Notes: a model not told the origin generated them from the letters alone. Shown: positions 41,949-52,911, counted from the first letter of the stretch. The stretch: 64,000 bases of DNA from an uncultured delta proteobacterium (GCA_963735595.1 CAVTLK010000001.1:288001-352000); one strand, 5' to 3'. Made by a program: numbers and translations.

Positions 41949-43117
41949 ATGCTACGGAAAATCCCTCGATATAGTATTTTCAAGGATAAGCTCTCCAACG
42001 CCTTCTCTAAGAATATCAAATATGTCTATGGCGCCTTATTCGTTCTTATATTTTTCGTTCCTCTTCTGCCTATAAACAACTACGTAATACATCTATGTAC
42101 GTATGTGATGATGTATATCGTCCTCTCATTAGGCTTGAATATTCTTCCCGGTTTTACCGGACTTCTTGACCTCGGGATATGTTGGGATTTTACGGTATCG
42201 GCGCATATACCGCGGGTCTCTAACCCTCAAGTGCGCCTCGATGGGCCCCCCGTGGGATATCCTGGCCAGCTACTGGCTGATTATTCCGTTTGCCGCGCTC
42301 AACGGCGGCCTTGTCCGGACTTCTCCTCGGCGCGCCGACGCTCCGTTTGACCGGCGACTATTTTGCAATTGTAACCTTCGGTTTTGCAGAGCTGGTTGTT
42401 CTGATCATTGTCAACGAGATGTGGCTAACGAGGGGCCAATGGGTTTACCCGGAATAGCACCCCCATCCTTAGACTTGTCATTTTTGTTTCCCGCTTACTC
42501 ACTATTTTAACCCCGAGCCGATACGATATGTCTTCAGCGGCGAGATACCGTTTTTCTATCTTATCCTGGTTATGCTGGCCGTTACGGTTTTCCTTATGGG
42601 GCGGCTGGAGGATTCCCGTGTGGGAAGGGCTTGGCTTGCAATCAGAGAGGACGAGGTTGCGGCGGAATGCAGCGGAATCAATATCATGAAATATAAACTG
42701 ATAGCATTCGCTGTCAGTGCCTCAATTGGGGCCGTCGCCGGTTCCTTCTTCGCCCGCTGGTACAGCTTTATCTCGCCGGTTAGTTTCAAATTCTGGGAGT
42801 CTATTCTTATCCTCTGTATGGTCGTACTCGGAGGTATGGGAAGCATTCCAGGGGTAATCCTCGGTGCTACATGTCTCATCTCACTTTCCGAAATTCTCAG
42901 GAAGGTCCTGGAACCATGGCCCGAACTTGTACAGGCCCGGTATGCATTATTCGGCATCATACTTATTATCATGATGCGTTTTAAACCGGCGGGGCTCATC
43001 CCGGTTTCGCGAGTCAAGCGTGAAATGGGACCTCACGACAAGGCAATCGTCGAAGCGATGAACGAAAGCTTCTATACAGTAACTCACGAAGATGAACGAA
43101 TTAGTAAGCAGAAATAG
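41949..43117 (+). CDS. livM: Liv-type ABC permease LivM (frameshifts)
   Basis: GLNILPGFTGLLDLG, GDYFAIVT, SRVGRAWLAIREDE, MVVLGGMGS. Confidence 0.88.
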
Positions 43118-43120
43118 CAG

Positions 43121-43909
43121 ATGAAGTCCGAAATCCTAAAAATCGAAAATCTGATGAAATACTACGGCGGAGTTGTTGCCGTTAACGATGTCAGTTTTTC
43201 AATATACCAGGGAGAGATTCTTTCGTTGATTGGCCCAAACGGAGCCGGTAAGACAACCGTTTTTAACTGTATTACAGGGCTCGCGCACCCAAACGCCGGA
43301 GATATATCCTTCGCCTCGAACGGTAAACTTCGGATGATCGCTAACCCCAAAAAGATGCTGAAACCGGATGTGATAACCGAACTTGGTATAGCACGAACGT
43401 TCCAGAATATCAGACTCTTCAGCAGCCTTTCCGCGCTCAATAATGTAAAGGTCGGCAGGCACTGTCGGTCGAAAAAGAATGTTTTCGGCTCCATCCTGAG
43501 AACTAAAAGCCAAAGGACCGAAGAACAGGATATCTTACGAAAATCTATTAAGTACATCGTATTCGTTGGGCTTGAGCAGATGATTATGGAGATATCATCA
43601 AACCTCTCGTATGGTGACCAGAGGAGGCTCGAAATCGCTCGTGCCCTTGCCAGTGAGCCAAAGCTGCTACTTCTCGACGAGCCGGCCGCCGGCATGAATC
43701 CAAAAGAAACAGCCGATCTTATCAACCTTATCAGAAAGATCAGGGAATCGGGTGTAACGATTCTCCTTATAGAGCACGACATGAAAGTCGTCATGGGTAT
43801 CTCTGACCGGATTGTTGTCCTGGATTATGGGAGAAAAATAGCAGAAGGCATTCCGGAAGATATTAGGAATAACCCGAAAGTCATTGAGGCATACCTGGGA
43901 ACCGACTAA
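43121..43909 (+). CDS. livG: Liv-type ABC ATPase LivG
   Basis: GPNGAGKTT, ARTFQNIRLF, LSYGDQRRLEIARAL, LDEPAAG. Confidence 0.94.
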   Translation: MKSEILKIENLMKYYGGVVAVNDVSFSIYQGEILSLIGPNGAGKTTVFNCITGLAHPNAGDISFASNGKLRMIANPKKMLKPDVITELGIARTFQNIRLFSSLSALNNVKVGRHCRSKKNVFGSILRTKSQRTEEQDILRKSIKYIVFVGLEQMIMEISSNLSYGDQRRLEIARALASEPKLLLLDEPAAGMNPKETADLINLIRKIRESGVTILLIEHDMKVVMGISDRIVVLDYGRKIAEGIPEDIRNNPKVIEAYLGTD

Positions 43910-43911
43910 AA

Positions 43912-44622
43912 ATGCTTGAGCTCGTAGATATATATACTTCTTACGGGAATATTGAAGCCCTCAAGGGTATCTCTCTTTTCGTCAAGGAGGGAGAAATCAT
44001 AACGCTTATCGGCGCTAACGGCGCCGGTAAATCGACCACCCTGATGACGATTTCTGGCGTTACTCCGGCCCGAAAGGGAACCGTACGTCTAATGGGAAAG
44101 AACATTGAGCGTTGCTCCACCGACGAGATCGTTAACCGCGGCATCTCACAGGTTCCTGAGGGAAGGCGGATATTCCCGTTCCTTACCGTGAAGGAGAATC
44201 TCTATATGGGTGCATACTCCCGCGGAAAGGATCCACAGGTCAGGAAGGATCTCGATAGGATGTTCGATATATTTCCGATTCTCAGAGAGAGGCAAAAACA
44301 GTTAGGCGGCACACTCTCGGGAGGCGAGCAACAGATGCTTGCCATCGCGCGCTCCCTTATGTCCGATCCAAAATTACTACTCCTCGATGAACCGTCACTG
44401 GGTCTTGCTCCTATGATAGTAAAGAGTATTTTTGATGTTATTACAGAGATAAATAAGAAGAAGGGAACGACAATACTCCTTGTTGAGCAAAATGCACGAA
44501 TGGCGCTTCAGGTATCGCAAAGAGGGTACGTACTCGAAACAGGGAAAATAGTCCTTGAAGATAAATCGGAAAATCTCATGATGAACGAATCGGTAAAGAA
44601 AGCCTATTTGGGTGAAAACTAA
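43912..44622 (+). CDS. livF: Liv-type ABC ATPase LivF
   Basis: GANGAGKST, VPEGRRIF, LSGGEQQMLAIAR, DEPSLGLAP. Confidence 0.94.
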   Translation: MLELVDIYTSYGNIEALKGISLFVKEGEIITLIGANGAGKSTTLMTISGVTPARKGTVRLMGKNIERCSTDEIVNRGISQVPEGRRIFPFLTVKENLYMGAYSRGKDPQVRKDLDRMFDIFPILRERQKQLGGTLSGGEQQMLAIARSLMSDPKLLLLDEPSLGLAPMIVKSIFDVITEINKKKGTTILLVEQNARMALQVSQRGYVLETGKIVLEDKSENLMMNESVKKAYLGEN

Positions 44623-44635
44623 CAGGAGCAACAAA

Positions 44636-44923
44636 TTGGAAGACCGGAGAAAGGAAGAGCTCTTTAGTAAAAAGGTAAAAGCGGGAAGACGTACGTATTA
44701 TTTCGACGTAAAGGAAAACGTTAACAGCGACAAGTACCTCATTATATCGGAAACAAAGGCGGTTGATTTCGGAAAGCAGGATCGATTCAGAATCATGGTA
44801 TTCCCGGAGGATATAGATAACTTCCAGGAGGCATTCACCGAGGTCGTTAGCTTTATCAAGAGCAATAATTTTGTTCAATCGCGGCGCATTGAAGACGAGG
44901 AGGGTGAAGAAAAGGACGAATAA
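44636..44923 (+). CDS. PUR-domain (DUF3276/BpuR-like) nucleic-acid-binding protein
   Basis: LFSKKVKAGRRTYYFDVKEN..DKYLIISE..RFRIMVFPED...F; RBS AGGAG before TTG 44636. Confidence 0.85.
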   Translation: MEDRRKEELFSKKVKAGRRTYYFDVKENVNSDKYLIISETKAVDFGKQDRFRIMVFPEDIDNFQEAFTEVVSFIKSNNFVQSRRIEDEEGEEKDE

Positions 44924-44997
44924 AGGAATACTGAAAATAAGAATATTAGTTTACATAATATATCTTATCAGACATAACCGTTTTCCCTCAGCTATAC

Positions 44998-46281
44998 CTA
45001 TCGCTTGTCTTCTACGGCCTTTTTGCCTCGCAGACTTCCTCTTTCGACCGGTTTTATCCTTGCTTCTATCTCAAACTCCCGTTTGAACTCCGTTTCCATT
45101 GCTTCAATAATCCCTTTCTGCACTTTCATTTCGTCCGAGAAAATATTCTCCGAGACTTCCACGAGTATGTCCATAGAATCTCTATATCCTGTTCTGCCAA
45201 GGACTATACGGCACTTCTGGCCGGCAGATTCCTGCCTTGTTAAGAACCGCTCTATCTGAGCCGGATATATGTTTATGCCGTTAAATACAATAAGATCGTC
45301 AACCCGCTTCTCAACCGCCTTCATCTTTACGTGTGTTCTGCCACAGGGACATATGCTCTTATCGTAGTATAGCCTCGTTATATCCCCGGTCTTAAACCTC
45401 AGTATTGGAAACGCCTCCCTGGTAAGCGTTGTCAATACGAGCTCGCCTTCATGTCCGATCGGAAGCGCTTTTTCCGTTGTCGGATCTATAATTTCAGGAA
45501 TAAAATGATCCATAAATATATGAAGGCCGTCCTTCTGTTGACACTCCGAGCCGATACCGGGTCCAAACACAGACGCCACCCCGTAGTTAAAAATAGCCGA
45601 TACGAATAGTCCTTCCTCGATATCAGTGCGCAACGCTTCGGTCCACGGTTCGGCACCAAGTACTGCATGGCTCATTGTCAGGGTCTTGGGATCGATCCCA
45701 TGATTACCGAGCTCCGACGCAAGGCGTTTTGCGTACGACGGTGTTGTGATAATCGCCGTTGTTTTGTAATCCTGGAGTATTTTAATCTGCTTATCGGTAT
45801 TGCCAGTTGATGACGGGATAACCGATGCGCCGATTAGCTCCGCGGCGTAGTGGTAACCAAGTGCGGCTGGAAAAAGCCCGTATGGATGGGTTATCTGAAC
45901 GGTATCGTTTTCCCCTATACCTGATAGGTAGAGCGCCCTGGCTATCAAGTTCGACCAATTCGCGAGGTCATTTCTCGTATAGCCGACAATCCCCATATCG
46001 CCCGATATCTCATGGACACGCACGACGTCCCGTAATGGAACGGCAAACATACCGTACGGGTAGCTCTCCTTGAGGTCATGGCGTGTCGTAAACGGGAGTT
46101 TTTGCAGGTCTTTTAGAGACTCGATACGCTCCGGGTCTACTTTCATCTCGGAAAACTTCTTGCGATAAAACGTTACGCCATGTCGGTGAATTCTATAGAC
46201 CGTAGCCTGGAGACGCTCTAACTGTACCTGTTCGATCTCGGAGATCGGCATTGCCTCGTAGGTCTTATCCCATATCCTCAT
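44998..46281 (-). CDS. phenylacetate-CoA ligase-like paralogue 3 (degenerate motifs)
   Basis: [43 protein letters not shown]-loop and YG.SE motifs altered. Confidence 0.85.
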   Translation of the reverse strand: MRIWDKTYEAMPISEIEQVQLERLQATVYRIHRHGVTFYRKKFSEMKVDPERIESLKDLQKLPFTTRHDLKESYPYGMFAVPLRDVVRVHEISGDMGIVGYTRNDLANWSNLIARALYLSGIGENDTVQITHPYGLFPAALGYHYAAELIGASVIPSSTGNTDKQIKILQDYKTTAIITTPSYAKRLASELGNHGIDPKTLTMSHAVLGAEPWTEALRTDIEEGLFVSAIFNYGVASVFGPGIGSECQQKDGLHIFMDHFIPEIIDPTTEKALPIGHEGELVLTTLTREAFPILRFKTGDITRLYYDKSICPCGRTHVKMKAVEKRVDDLIVFNGINIYPAQIERFLTRQESAGQKCRIVLGRTGYRDSMDILVEVSENIFSDEMKVQKGIIEAMETEFKREFEIEARIKPVERGSLRGKKAVEDKR

Positions 46282-47044
46282 AATCGTCTTCCCTCCCGAG
46301 ATAGGCCTCTATTACCTCTTCGTTATTTCGAATTTCCGCCGGTGTCCCCTCTGCGATCTTTTTTCCATGATCAAGAACCACGATTCTCTCGCAGATACCC
46401 ATAACAAGATTCATATCGTGTTCGATCAGGAGGACCGTTATTCCCCGCGATCGTATTCTGACAATCATCTCCATGAGCTCCTCGGTCTCCCGGGTGTTCA
46501 TTCCCGCCGAAGGCTCATCCAGAAGCAACAACTTCGGTTCCGTTGCCAGGGCACGGGCAATCTCCAGCCTACGCTGCTGACCATACGAAAGAGTATCGGC
46601 CGGGAGGTCAGCCGCATCGATAAGGTCCAAACCCGAGAGTATCTCGTTGATCCGCGCGAGAGATTCTTTATCCTCACGGCCGGCGAGCTTTCCGCCAAAC
46701 ATCGCCGCCAAAAATCCCGCCTTTGTTCTGGCGTGACGCCCTACAAAAACGTTTTGGAAGGTCGTCATTCCTGAAAAAAGCCTAATATTCTGAAACGTAC
46801 GGGCAATTCCAAGGCGGGTTATACGATAGGGTCTTAAACCGGTAATCCGCACCTCGTCAAAGTAAAAGTCACCAGAAGTCGGGGGTAATACGCCGCTGAT
46901 GACGTTAAAGAAAGTCGTTTTCCCCGCGCCGTTCGGACCGATAAGGCCGACGATCTGTCCCTCCGGAATAGAAATAGTTACGGACGAAACCGCCGAAACG
47001 CCGCCAAATACCTTTGTAAGGGACTTTGTAGAGAACAGCGTCAT
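46265..47044 (-). CDS. livG: Liv-type ABC ATPase LivG
   Basis: GPNGAGKTT, ARTFQNIRLF, LSYGQQRRLEIARAL. Confidence 0.93.
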   Translation of the reverse strand: MTLFSTKSLTKVFGGVSAVSSVTISIPEGQIVGLIGPNGAGKTTFFNVISGVLPPTSGDFYFDEVRITGLRPYRITRLGIARTFQNIRLFSGMTTFQNVFVGRHARTKAGFLAAMFGGKLAGREDKESLARINEILSGLDLIDAADLPADTLSYGQQRRLEIARALATEPKLLLLDEPSAGMNTRETEELMEMIVRIRSRGITVLLIEHDMNLVMGICERIVVLDHGKKIAEGTPAEIRNNEEVIEAYLGREDDYEDMG

Positions 47045-47766
47045 TCCCCAACCTCTCTATATCCCCTGCCGAGGTACGCCCGTTTCACTTCATTATTGTT
47101 CAGAAGCGACGTCCGTTCACCATCCAGGATAAATTTACCTATTTCCATGACGTATCCGCGATCAGCGACGGAAAGGGCGGCGCGGGCGTTCTGCTCGATG
47201 AGCAGTATCGTTGTCCCCATTTCTTTGAGGTCTTTGATAATTCTGAAGACCTGGTGAACCATCTTGGGGGCCAGCCCCATCGACGGTTCGTCCATCATGA
47301 TCAGCTTCGGCCTGCTCATGAGAGCACGGGCAATCGCAAGCATCTGCTGTTCGCCACCCGAAAGGGTGCCCGCCTTTTGCTGGTACCGTTTCTTTATGAC
47401 CGGAAAGAGCGCATATACCCGATTGAGATCCTCAACAATTGACTCTCGGTTATTTCGTGAAAATGCGCCCAGTTCGAGGTTATCGCCCACCGAAAGGCGG
47501 TCAAATATCCTCCTCCCCTCCGGTATATGAGAGATACCCATTCTTACGATCTTGTCGGCGGAAAGGCCGGTGATAGCCGTATCGGTAAAATAGATTTCGC
47601 CCGCGGTCGAAGGTATAAGACCCGAGATTGCCTTAAGGAGCGTCGATTTTCCCGCACCGTTCGCACCGATGATAGTAACGATTTCTCCAGCTCTGATATG
47701 GAGGGAAACGCCCTTGATCACCTGGACATTTCCGTATCCAGCGTTCAGATTCTTAATCCTGAGCAC
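47041..47766 (-). CDS. livF: Liv-type ABC ATPase LivF
   Basis: GANGAGKST, PEGRRIF, LSGGEQQML. Confidence 0.93.
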   Translation of the reverse strand: MLRIKNLNAGYGNVQVIKGVSLHIRAGEIVTIIGANGAGKSTLLKAISGLIPSTAGEIYFTDTAITGLSADKIVRMGISHIPEGRRIFDRLSVGDNLELGAFSRNNRESIVEDLNRVYALFPVIKKRYQQKAGTLSGGEQQMLAIARALMSRPKLIMMDEPSMGLAPKMVHQVFRIIKDLKEMGTTILLIEQNARAALSVADRGYVMEIGKFILDGERTSLLNNNEVKRAYLGRGYREVGE

Positions 47767-48685
47767 GGTGTTTTATCCCAAGTAACGTGTTAAGCGAGAA
47801 TTTTCTGCCTGATTTTGACTTTCCCATTAGTCCCTGCGGGCGTATGATAATAATGAATACAAGAAGCAGTCCATAGGCAAGCGTCTGGAAATCCGGAAAC
47901 TTATCCGAGATTCCCGGAATCCCCTTTATGACTATCCTCAGAAGTTCGGGAAGAAACGTCAATATCGCCGCCCCAACAATAGACCCGGCAATGCTCCCGA
48001 TCCCGCCGAGCACCACCATGCAGAGGATGACGATTGACGTGGAAAGGCCGAAGGTATGCGGATCGATAAAGTGTACATACGCGCTGTAAAGAGATCCGGC
48101 GATTCCCGCAAACGCCGATCCAATTCCAAATACCATAACCTTATACTTCGTCGTATTGATTCCCATAACCTGGGCAACCGTTTCATCGTCCCTGATGGCC
48201 GAAAGGGCCCTGCCGATCCTTGATGCCTTTATCCTGTACATAAACAGGATAGTGACAATCGTCAGGAAAAGCGAGATTGCAAAGAATCGCGGTTTTGACG
48301 CCATTTTAATCCCGAATAACACCGGAGATGGGATACCCATAAAACCGTCTGTGCCGCCCAGATACTCGATATTGAGCGCGACAACAACGAGAATAAGACC
48401 GAATCCGAGTGTTACGATCGCCAGATAATCGTCCTTGAGTCGCAACGTAGGAATGCCAAGAAATACACCGAAGAGACCCGCTCCGGCCGCGGCAGCAAGC
48501 AGCGCAATAGCATACGGGGCGGAGAAATTTACTACAAGGATGGAACTGATGTATGCGCCAATGCCGTAGAAAGCGGCGTGGCCGAGTGAAACTTGCCCGG
48601 AGAAACCAATTATCAGGTTCAGAGAGAGCGTCAGTATGATATATATCAACATGATAATGAGGATATGAAGGAGATAGACTGTCAT
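47753..48685 (-). CDS. livM: Liv-type ABC permease LivM
   Basis: GQVSLGHAAFYGIGAY, LRLKDDYLAIVTLGF, GRALSAIRDDE. Confidence 0.92.
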   Translation of the reverse strand: MTVYLLHILIIMLIYIILTLSLNLIIGFSGQVSLGHAAFYGIGAYISSILVVNFSAPYAIALLAAAAGAGLFGVFLGIPTLRLKDDYLAIVTLGFGLILVVVALNIEYLGGTDGFMGIPSPVLFGIKMASKPRFFAISLFLTIVTILFMYRIKASRIGRALSAIRDDETVAQVMGINTTKYKVMVFGIGSAFAGIAGSLYSAYVHFIDPHTFGLSTSIVILCMVVLGGIGSIAGSIVGAAILTFLPELLRIVIKGIPGISDKFPDFQTLAYGLLLVFIIIIRPQGLMGKSKSGRKFSLNTLLGIKHRAQD

Positions 48686-48694
48686 ACCAAATCC

Positions 48695-49555
48695 CTACTT
48701 ACCCTTTCCGAAGATGCCCGAAGGCCGCAGGATGAGAACAATAATCATGATCGTAAAGGCCACGGCGTCCTTCAGCCCTGACGAGATATAGGCGGCGCCC
48801 AGGTTCTCGGCCACTCCAAGGATGAGTCCGCCGATAATGGCCCCCGGGATGCTCCCTACCCCGCCGAGAATCGCCGCGGAAAACGCCTTGAGCCCGGTGA
48901 GCATGCCCATCGTCGGATAGGTCGCGTTATAGTATACTGCCGTCATGACGCCTGCCGCTCCGCTCAAAACAGACCCGATAATGAACGTCAGGGTTACCAT
49001 GGAATTAACGTTTATGCCCATGAGGCGGGCCGTATCGCCGTCAACCGCCGATGCGACCATTGCGCGTCCATACTTGGACCGTTTTACAAAGACGGTCAAC
49101 GCGACCATGAGGATGCCCGAAACCCCAAGAATCACTATATCAAGCATCGGGATCTTCGCGTCGAATATATGGACGATCGTATAGTCGATTGCTATTGGAA
49201 ACGGCCTGTTGTTCGGGCCGAAGAGAATACGCGCTAAACTTTGCAGAGATAACGAAACGCCTATGGCCGCAATTAGCGGAATAAGCGGATTTGAATTCCT
49301 CAGCGGCCTGAACGCGAAGCGCTCCATTAGGACGCCGACGGCCGAGCTTACGATAAGGGCAAGTATAAACGCAAATACGAAAGGAACATGCAGGCGGCTG
49401 ATGAGGAGAACGGCCGTAAAGGCGCCCGCCATATATATCTCGCCCTGGGCAAAATTAATGAGCCCAAGGATACCATAGATCATCGTATAGCCGAGGGCAA
49501 CCATTGCGTATATGCTGCCGGTCGCCAGGCCGTTTATAATCTGTTGTAGAAGCAT
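48695..49555 (-). CDS. livH: Liv-type ABC permease LivH
   Basis: MLLQQIINGLATGSIYA, INFAQGE, KAFSAAILGG. Confidence 0.92.
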   Translation of the reverse strand: MLLQQIINGLATGSIYAMVALGYTMIYGILGLINFAQGEIYMAGAFTAVLLISRLHVPFVFAFILALIVSSAVGVLMERFAFRPLRNSNPLIPLIAAIGVSLSLQSLARILFGPNNRPFPIAIDYTIVHIFDAKIPMLDIVILGVSGILMVALTVFVKRSKYGRAMVASAVDGDTARLMGINVNSMVTLTFIIGSVLSGAAGVMTAVYYNATYPTMGMLTGLKAFSAAILGGVGSIPGAIIGGLILGVAENLGAAYISSGLKDAVAFTIMIIVLILRPSGIFGKGK

Positions 49556-49661
49556 ACCACCAAATAGGGAATCGCTACGTATCTGAGAGTCTAATAGTAG
49601 AATTCCGATATAGAAAATAGAAAATGACAACGTGAGTAAGGATGGTTCTTCCCTTGCTGTG

Positions 49662-49700
49662 AAAAGGGAAAACGAGGAGGGGGATAGCCCCCCCCTCGTT
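49662..49700 (-). terminator. intra-operon terminator-like hairpin after livK
   Basis: Minus strand AACGAGGGGGGGG-CTAT-CCCCCTCCTCGTT followed by TTCCCTTTT. Confidence 0.6.
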
Positions 49701-49714
49701 GCGGTGTTTTTGAA

Positions 49715-50857
49715 CTACTTCACCTTGACATACTTTCCGCTCTGAACTTCGAAGAGGTAAATACCACCCTTCTGGACATCACCGTTATCATCGAAGGAAA
49801 GTTTTCCCGTGACACCGTCGTAATCGGCCAGATTATCGATATACCCTTTGATCGCCGTGGGATCGGTTCCCACTTCCTTCATAGCGTCGGCCACGATGTA
49901 CGTCATGTCGTACGTGATGGCGGCAAACATGATGTTGTTCGGCTCATTGGGATCTGTATCGACGTACTCATAGTACTTCTTGATAAATTCCTTGTTCTTG
50001 GCAGTATCGTATCCTTCGTCGTATTCACTCGATACGACGTGCCCTTCTGCCGCCTCTCCGGCAAGCTCGATGTAGAGGGGCGCAATATCTCCATATCCGC
50101 CGAACGTGGGAGCCGTAATACCAAGCATACGCGCCTGGACGGCGGCAGGCGCAGTCTCCTGCAGGTATCCGGGGATGCAGATGATGTCAAACTGGGTTCC
50201 GGAAATCTTGGTAAGCTGCGCCTTGAAATCCTTATCACCTACCATGAAAGACTCGACGGCAACTACTTCCACACCCTTCTCACCGAAGAACTTCAGGAAG
50301 AGGTCTTTGAAGCCCTCGCCGTACGGCTCCTTGCTGAACAGGATTGCGGCCTTCTTGGCACTGTACTTCTCGATGGCGTAGTTAACCAGGGCGTCGACCT
50401 GCGCGTCGATGCGGGAACAACCCCGGTATATATACGCACCCGCATCGGTAACCTTAGGAGAGGTGGCCGTCGGTGTAATGAGGACGATCATGTTGTCTTC
50501 GGCGATAGGCGCCACTGCAAGGACTTCGCCGCTCTTCATGGGGCCGATGATGACCGGAACCTTGTCCACCGATATCAGCTTGTTGGCCGCATTGACTGCT
50601 TCGGCGTCCTTATCCTGGGAGTCCTCAAAAATAACTTCAAGGGGTCTCCCGTCGATGCCTCCGTTTTCGTTGATTTCCTTGACGGCAATTTCTATTCCCC
50701 GCTTCGCGGGGATACCGTCGGAGGCGCCCAAGGATAGACGAAGAATTGAACCGATAACAATCGGTTCTCCTTCCGGCGCGGCCTTTTTCTCGCAGCCCCC
50801 CAGGACAAACGAAAGGCCTACCATAACCACAAACGAAATAAGAAGAATCCTTTTCAT
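49715..50857 (-). CDS. livK: Liv-type ABC substrate-binding lipoprotein
   Basis: LGGC lipobox, INENGGIDGRPLEV, GVTGKLSFDDNGD. Confidence 0.9.
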   Translation of the reverse strand: MKRILLISFVVMVGLSFVLGGCEKKAAPEGEPIVIGSILRLSLGASDGIPAKRGIEIAVKEINENGGIDGRPLEVIFEDSQDKDAEAVNAANKLISVDKVPVIIGPMKSGEVLAVAPIAEDNMIVLITPTATSPKVTDAGAYIYRGCSRIDAQVDALVNYAIEKYSAKKAAILFSKEPYGEGFKDLFLKFFGEKGVEVVAVESFMVGDKDFKAQLTKISGTQFDIICIPGYLQETAPAAVQARMLGITAPTFGGYGDIAPLYIELAGEAAEGHVVSSEYDEGYDTAKNKEFIKKYYEYVDTDPNEPNNIMFAAITYDMTYIVADAMKEVGTDPTAIKGYIDNLADYDGVTGKLSFDDNGDVQKGGIYLFEVQSGKYVKVK

Positions 50858-50860
50858 AAC

Positions 50861-52172
50861 TCACTCCTCCTTTGTATGGCTTCGCATAATGACCCTATTA
50901 TCAGAACCTCCAACCTCTTTCATTGTGACATGCTCTACAAGCTTTACGTTGGCGCGGATACCCAGTATCTCCCAAAGGTCGTCCTTTATCTTAGCTATCA
51001 TCCGCTCCAGCACCTTGATCTCGTCTGAAAAGAGGGACTCTACTTCTTCTACGAGTATATCAAGCTCATCGAGTTCCTTTACCTTATGGATAATAATTAC
51101 GTGGGGGGGGATTTCACCCAATGCAGCGTCGATAATCTTCTCTATTTGTGAGGGATAGATTTTAACTCCCCGTATGGACAGCGCGTCGTCCGCCCGTTGG
51201 GACGGAGGCTCGATGGCCCTCATCGTTCTCCCGCAGGGGCACGTATCGGCGTCGACGAACCTCGTGATATCTCCGGTTCTGAACCTGATAAGGGGATAGG
51301 CCTTGGTGGTGATGGTCGTAATAACCAACTCACCGCTTTGACCGGTTTGGACCGGTTGTCCCGTCTGGGGATCTACGATCTCGGGGATGAAATGATCCTC
51401 CGCAACGTGGAGCCTGCCCTCAAGACACTCATAGGCGATTCCCGGTCCCATAGATCTCCGGTATCCCGTAACCTGACGACACCCGAACACCAAGACCTTC
51501 CTCTATTCGCGATTTAGTATCAGAAGACATCCGCTCACTGACAAGTATAGCGCGCTCGAGAGAGAGCTTGCCCCGGTCCACCCCAAGCTCACCAAGCAAA
51601 CCCGCCAGATGCAGGGCGTGTGACGGGGTTGAGACGAGACACGTTGTTTTATAGTCGGTCATGATCATGATTTCTTTTTCCGGATTGAGAAAACTCATCG
51701 GGATGACCGACGCCTCGATATTCTCGGCGGCAGCTGCCATCCCCCTTCCCCAATTTGCCAGGCCGAAAACAAAAGATATCTGGAAGATGTCGTCTGCGGT
51801 AATCCCTGAGGCAAAATAAAGCCGGGACAGAAGCTCCGTCCATACCCCGAGGTCGTTTTTTGTATATCCGACCACGGTGGGCTTTCCCGTAATTCCCGAC
51901 GTGGAGTTGATACGGACAATATCTCTCAGCGGGACGGCAAACAGCCCGTACGGGTAATTATAGCCCAGGTCGTCCCGCGACGTTAGCCTTAATCTGGCGA
52001 TGTCGGAAACGGACGTTATATCAGACGGGACTACGTTCCTGACCTTCATTTCGTTCTGATAAAACGGGATATTTTTGAAAGCCCGCTGAACGGTGCTCTG
52101 CAAACGCTCGATCTGCACCTGTTCTATCTCTTCCCTGACCAGTTTTTCGTATCGGCGATTATACATCCGCAT
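50861..52172 (-). CDS. paaK: phenylacetate-CoA ligase paralogue 2 (frameshift near 51450)
   Basis: STSGITGKPTVVGYT and YGIPEI in ORF 51429..52172; [23 protein letters not shown] and IRGVKIYPSQIE in 50861..51493. Confidence 0.85.
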
Positions 52173-52175
52173 GGT

Positions 52176-52911
52176 CTACTCCCAAAACTCCCGATAGTCT
52201 CTGCCGAGATACGCCCGTTTTACGTCTCCGTCGCCGAGGAGCGCCCTCCCCTCCCCTTCCACTAGGACGTTTCCGGTCTCAATGACGTAACATCGATCTG
52301 ATATGGCCAATGCGGCCCGTGCGTTTTGTTCAATCAGAAGTATCGTAATTCCCTTGGTCTTTAAGGCCGGAAACAACCTCGATAATATCGGCCGTTATCC
52401 GGGGGGCAAGCCCAAGGGAAGGTTCGTCAAGTATAAGCAGCGACGGTCGTGCCATCAACCCCCGGGCAATCGCCAGCATTTGCTGTTCACCGCCGGACAG
52501 CGTGCCCGCCTTCTGGCCCTTCCTTTCCTGTAGTATGGGAAATATTCCGTATACTTCGTCAAGATCCCTGCGTATCTCTTTAGCCTTACCCTTTTTGTAT
52601 CTGAGGTATGCCCCTAAGCGGAGGTTATCCATGACGCTGAGGGAATTGAATATCTGCCTGCCCTCCGGTATCTGAGTCAGGCCCATTTCCACGATATCCT
52701 CCGGGCCTTTTCCTCTGATATCAATTCCGTTGAGATTATGGTTCCGCGTACCGAGGACACGACTGCCCGATATCGCGTTTACGAGGGTTGTCTTTCCGGC
52801 GCCGTTTGCCCCGATTATCGAGACGATCTCGTTTTCCCATACATGGAGCGATACGTTTTCGAGTGCAGTGATCTTTCCGTAGCACGAAGTGAGATTTCTG
52901 ACCCTAAGCAC
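52176..52911 (-). CDS. livF: Liv-type ABC ATPase LivF (frameshifts)
   Basis: GANGAGKTT, PEGRQIF, LSGGEQQML, IEQNARAAL. Confidence 0.88.
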
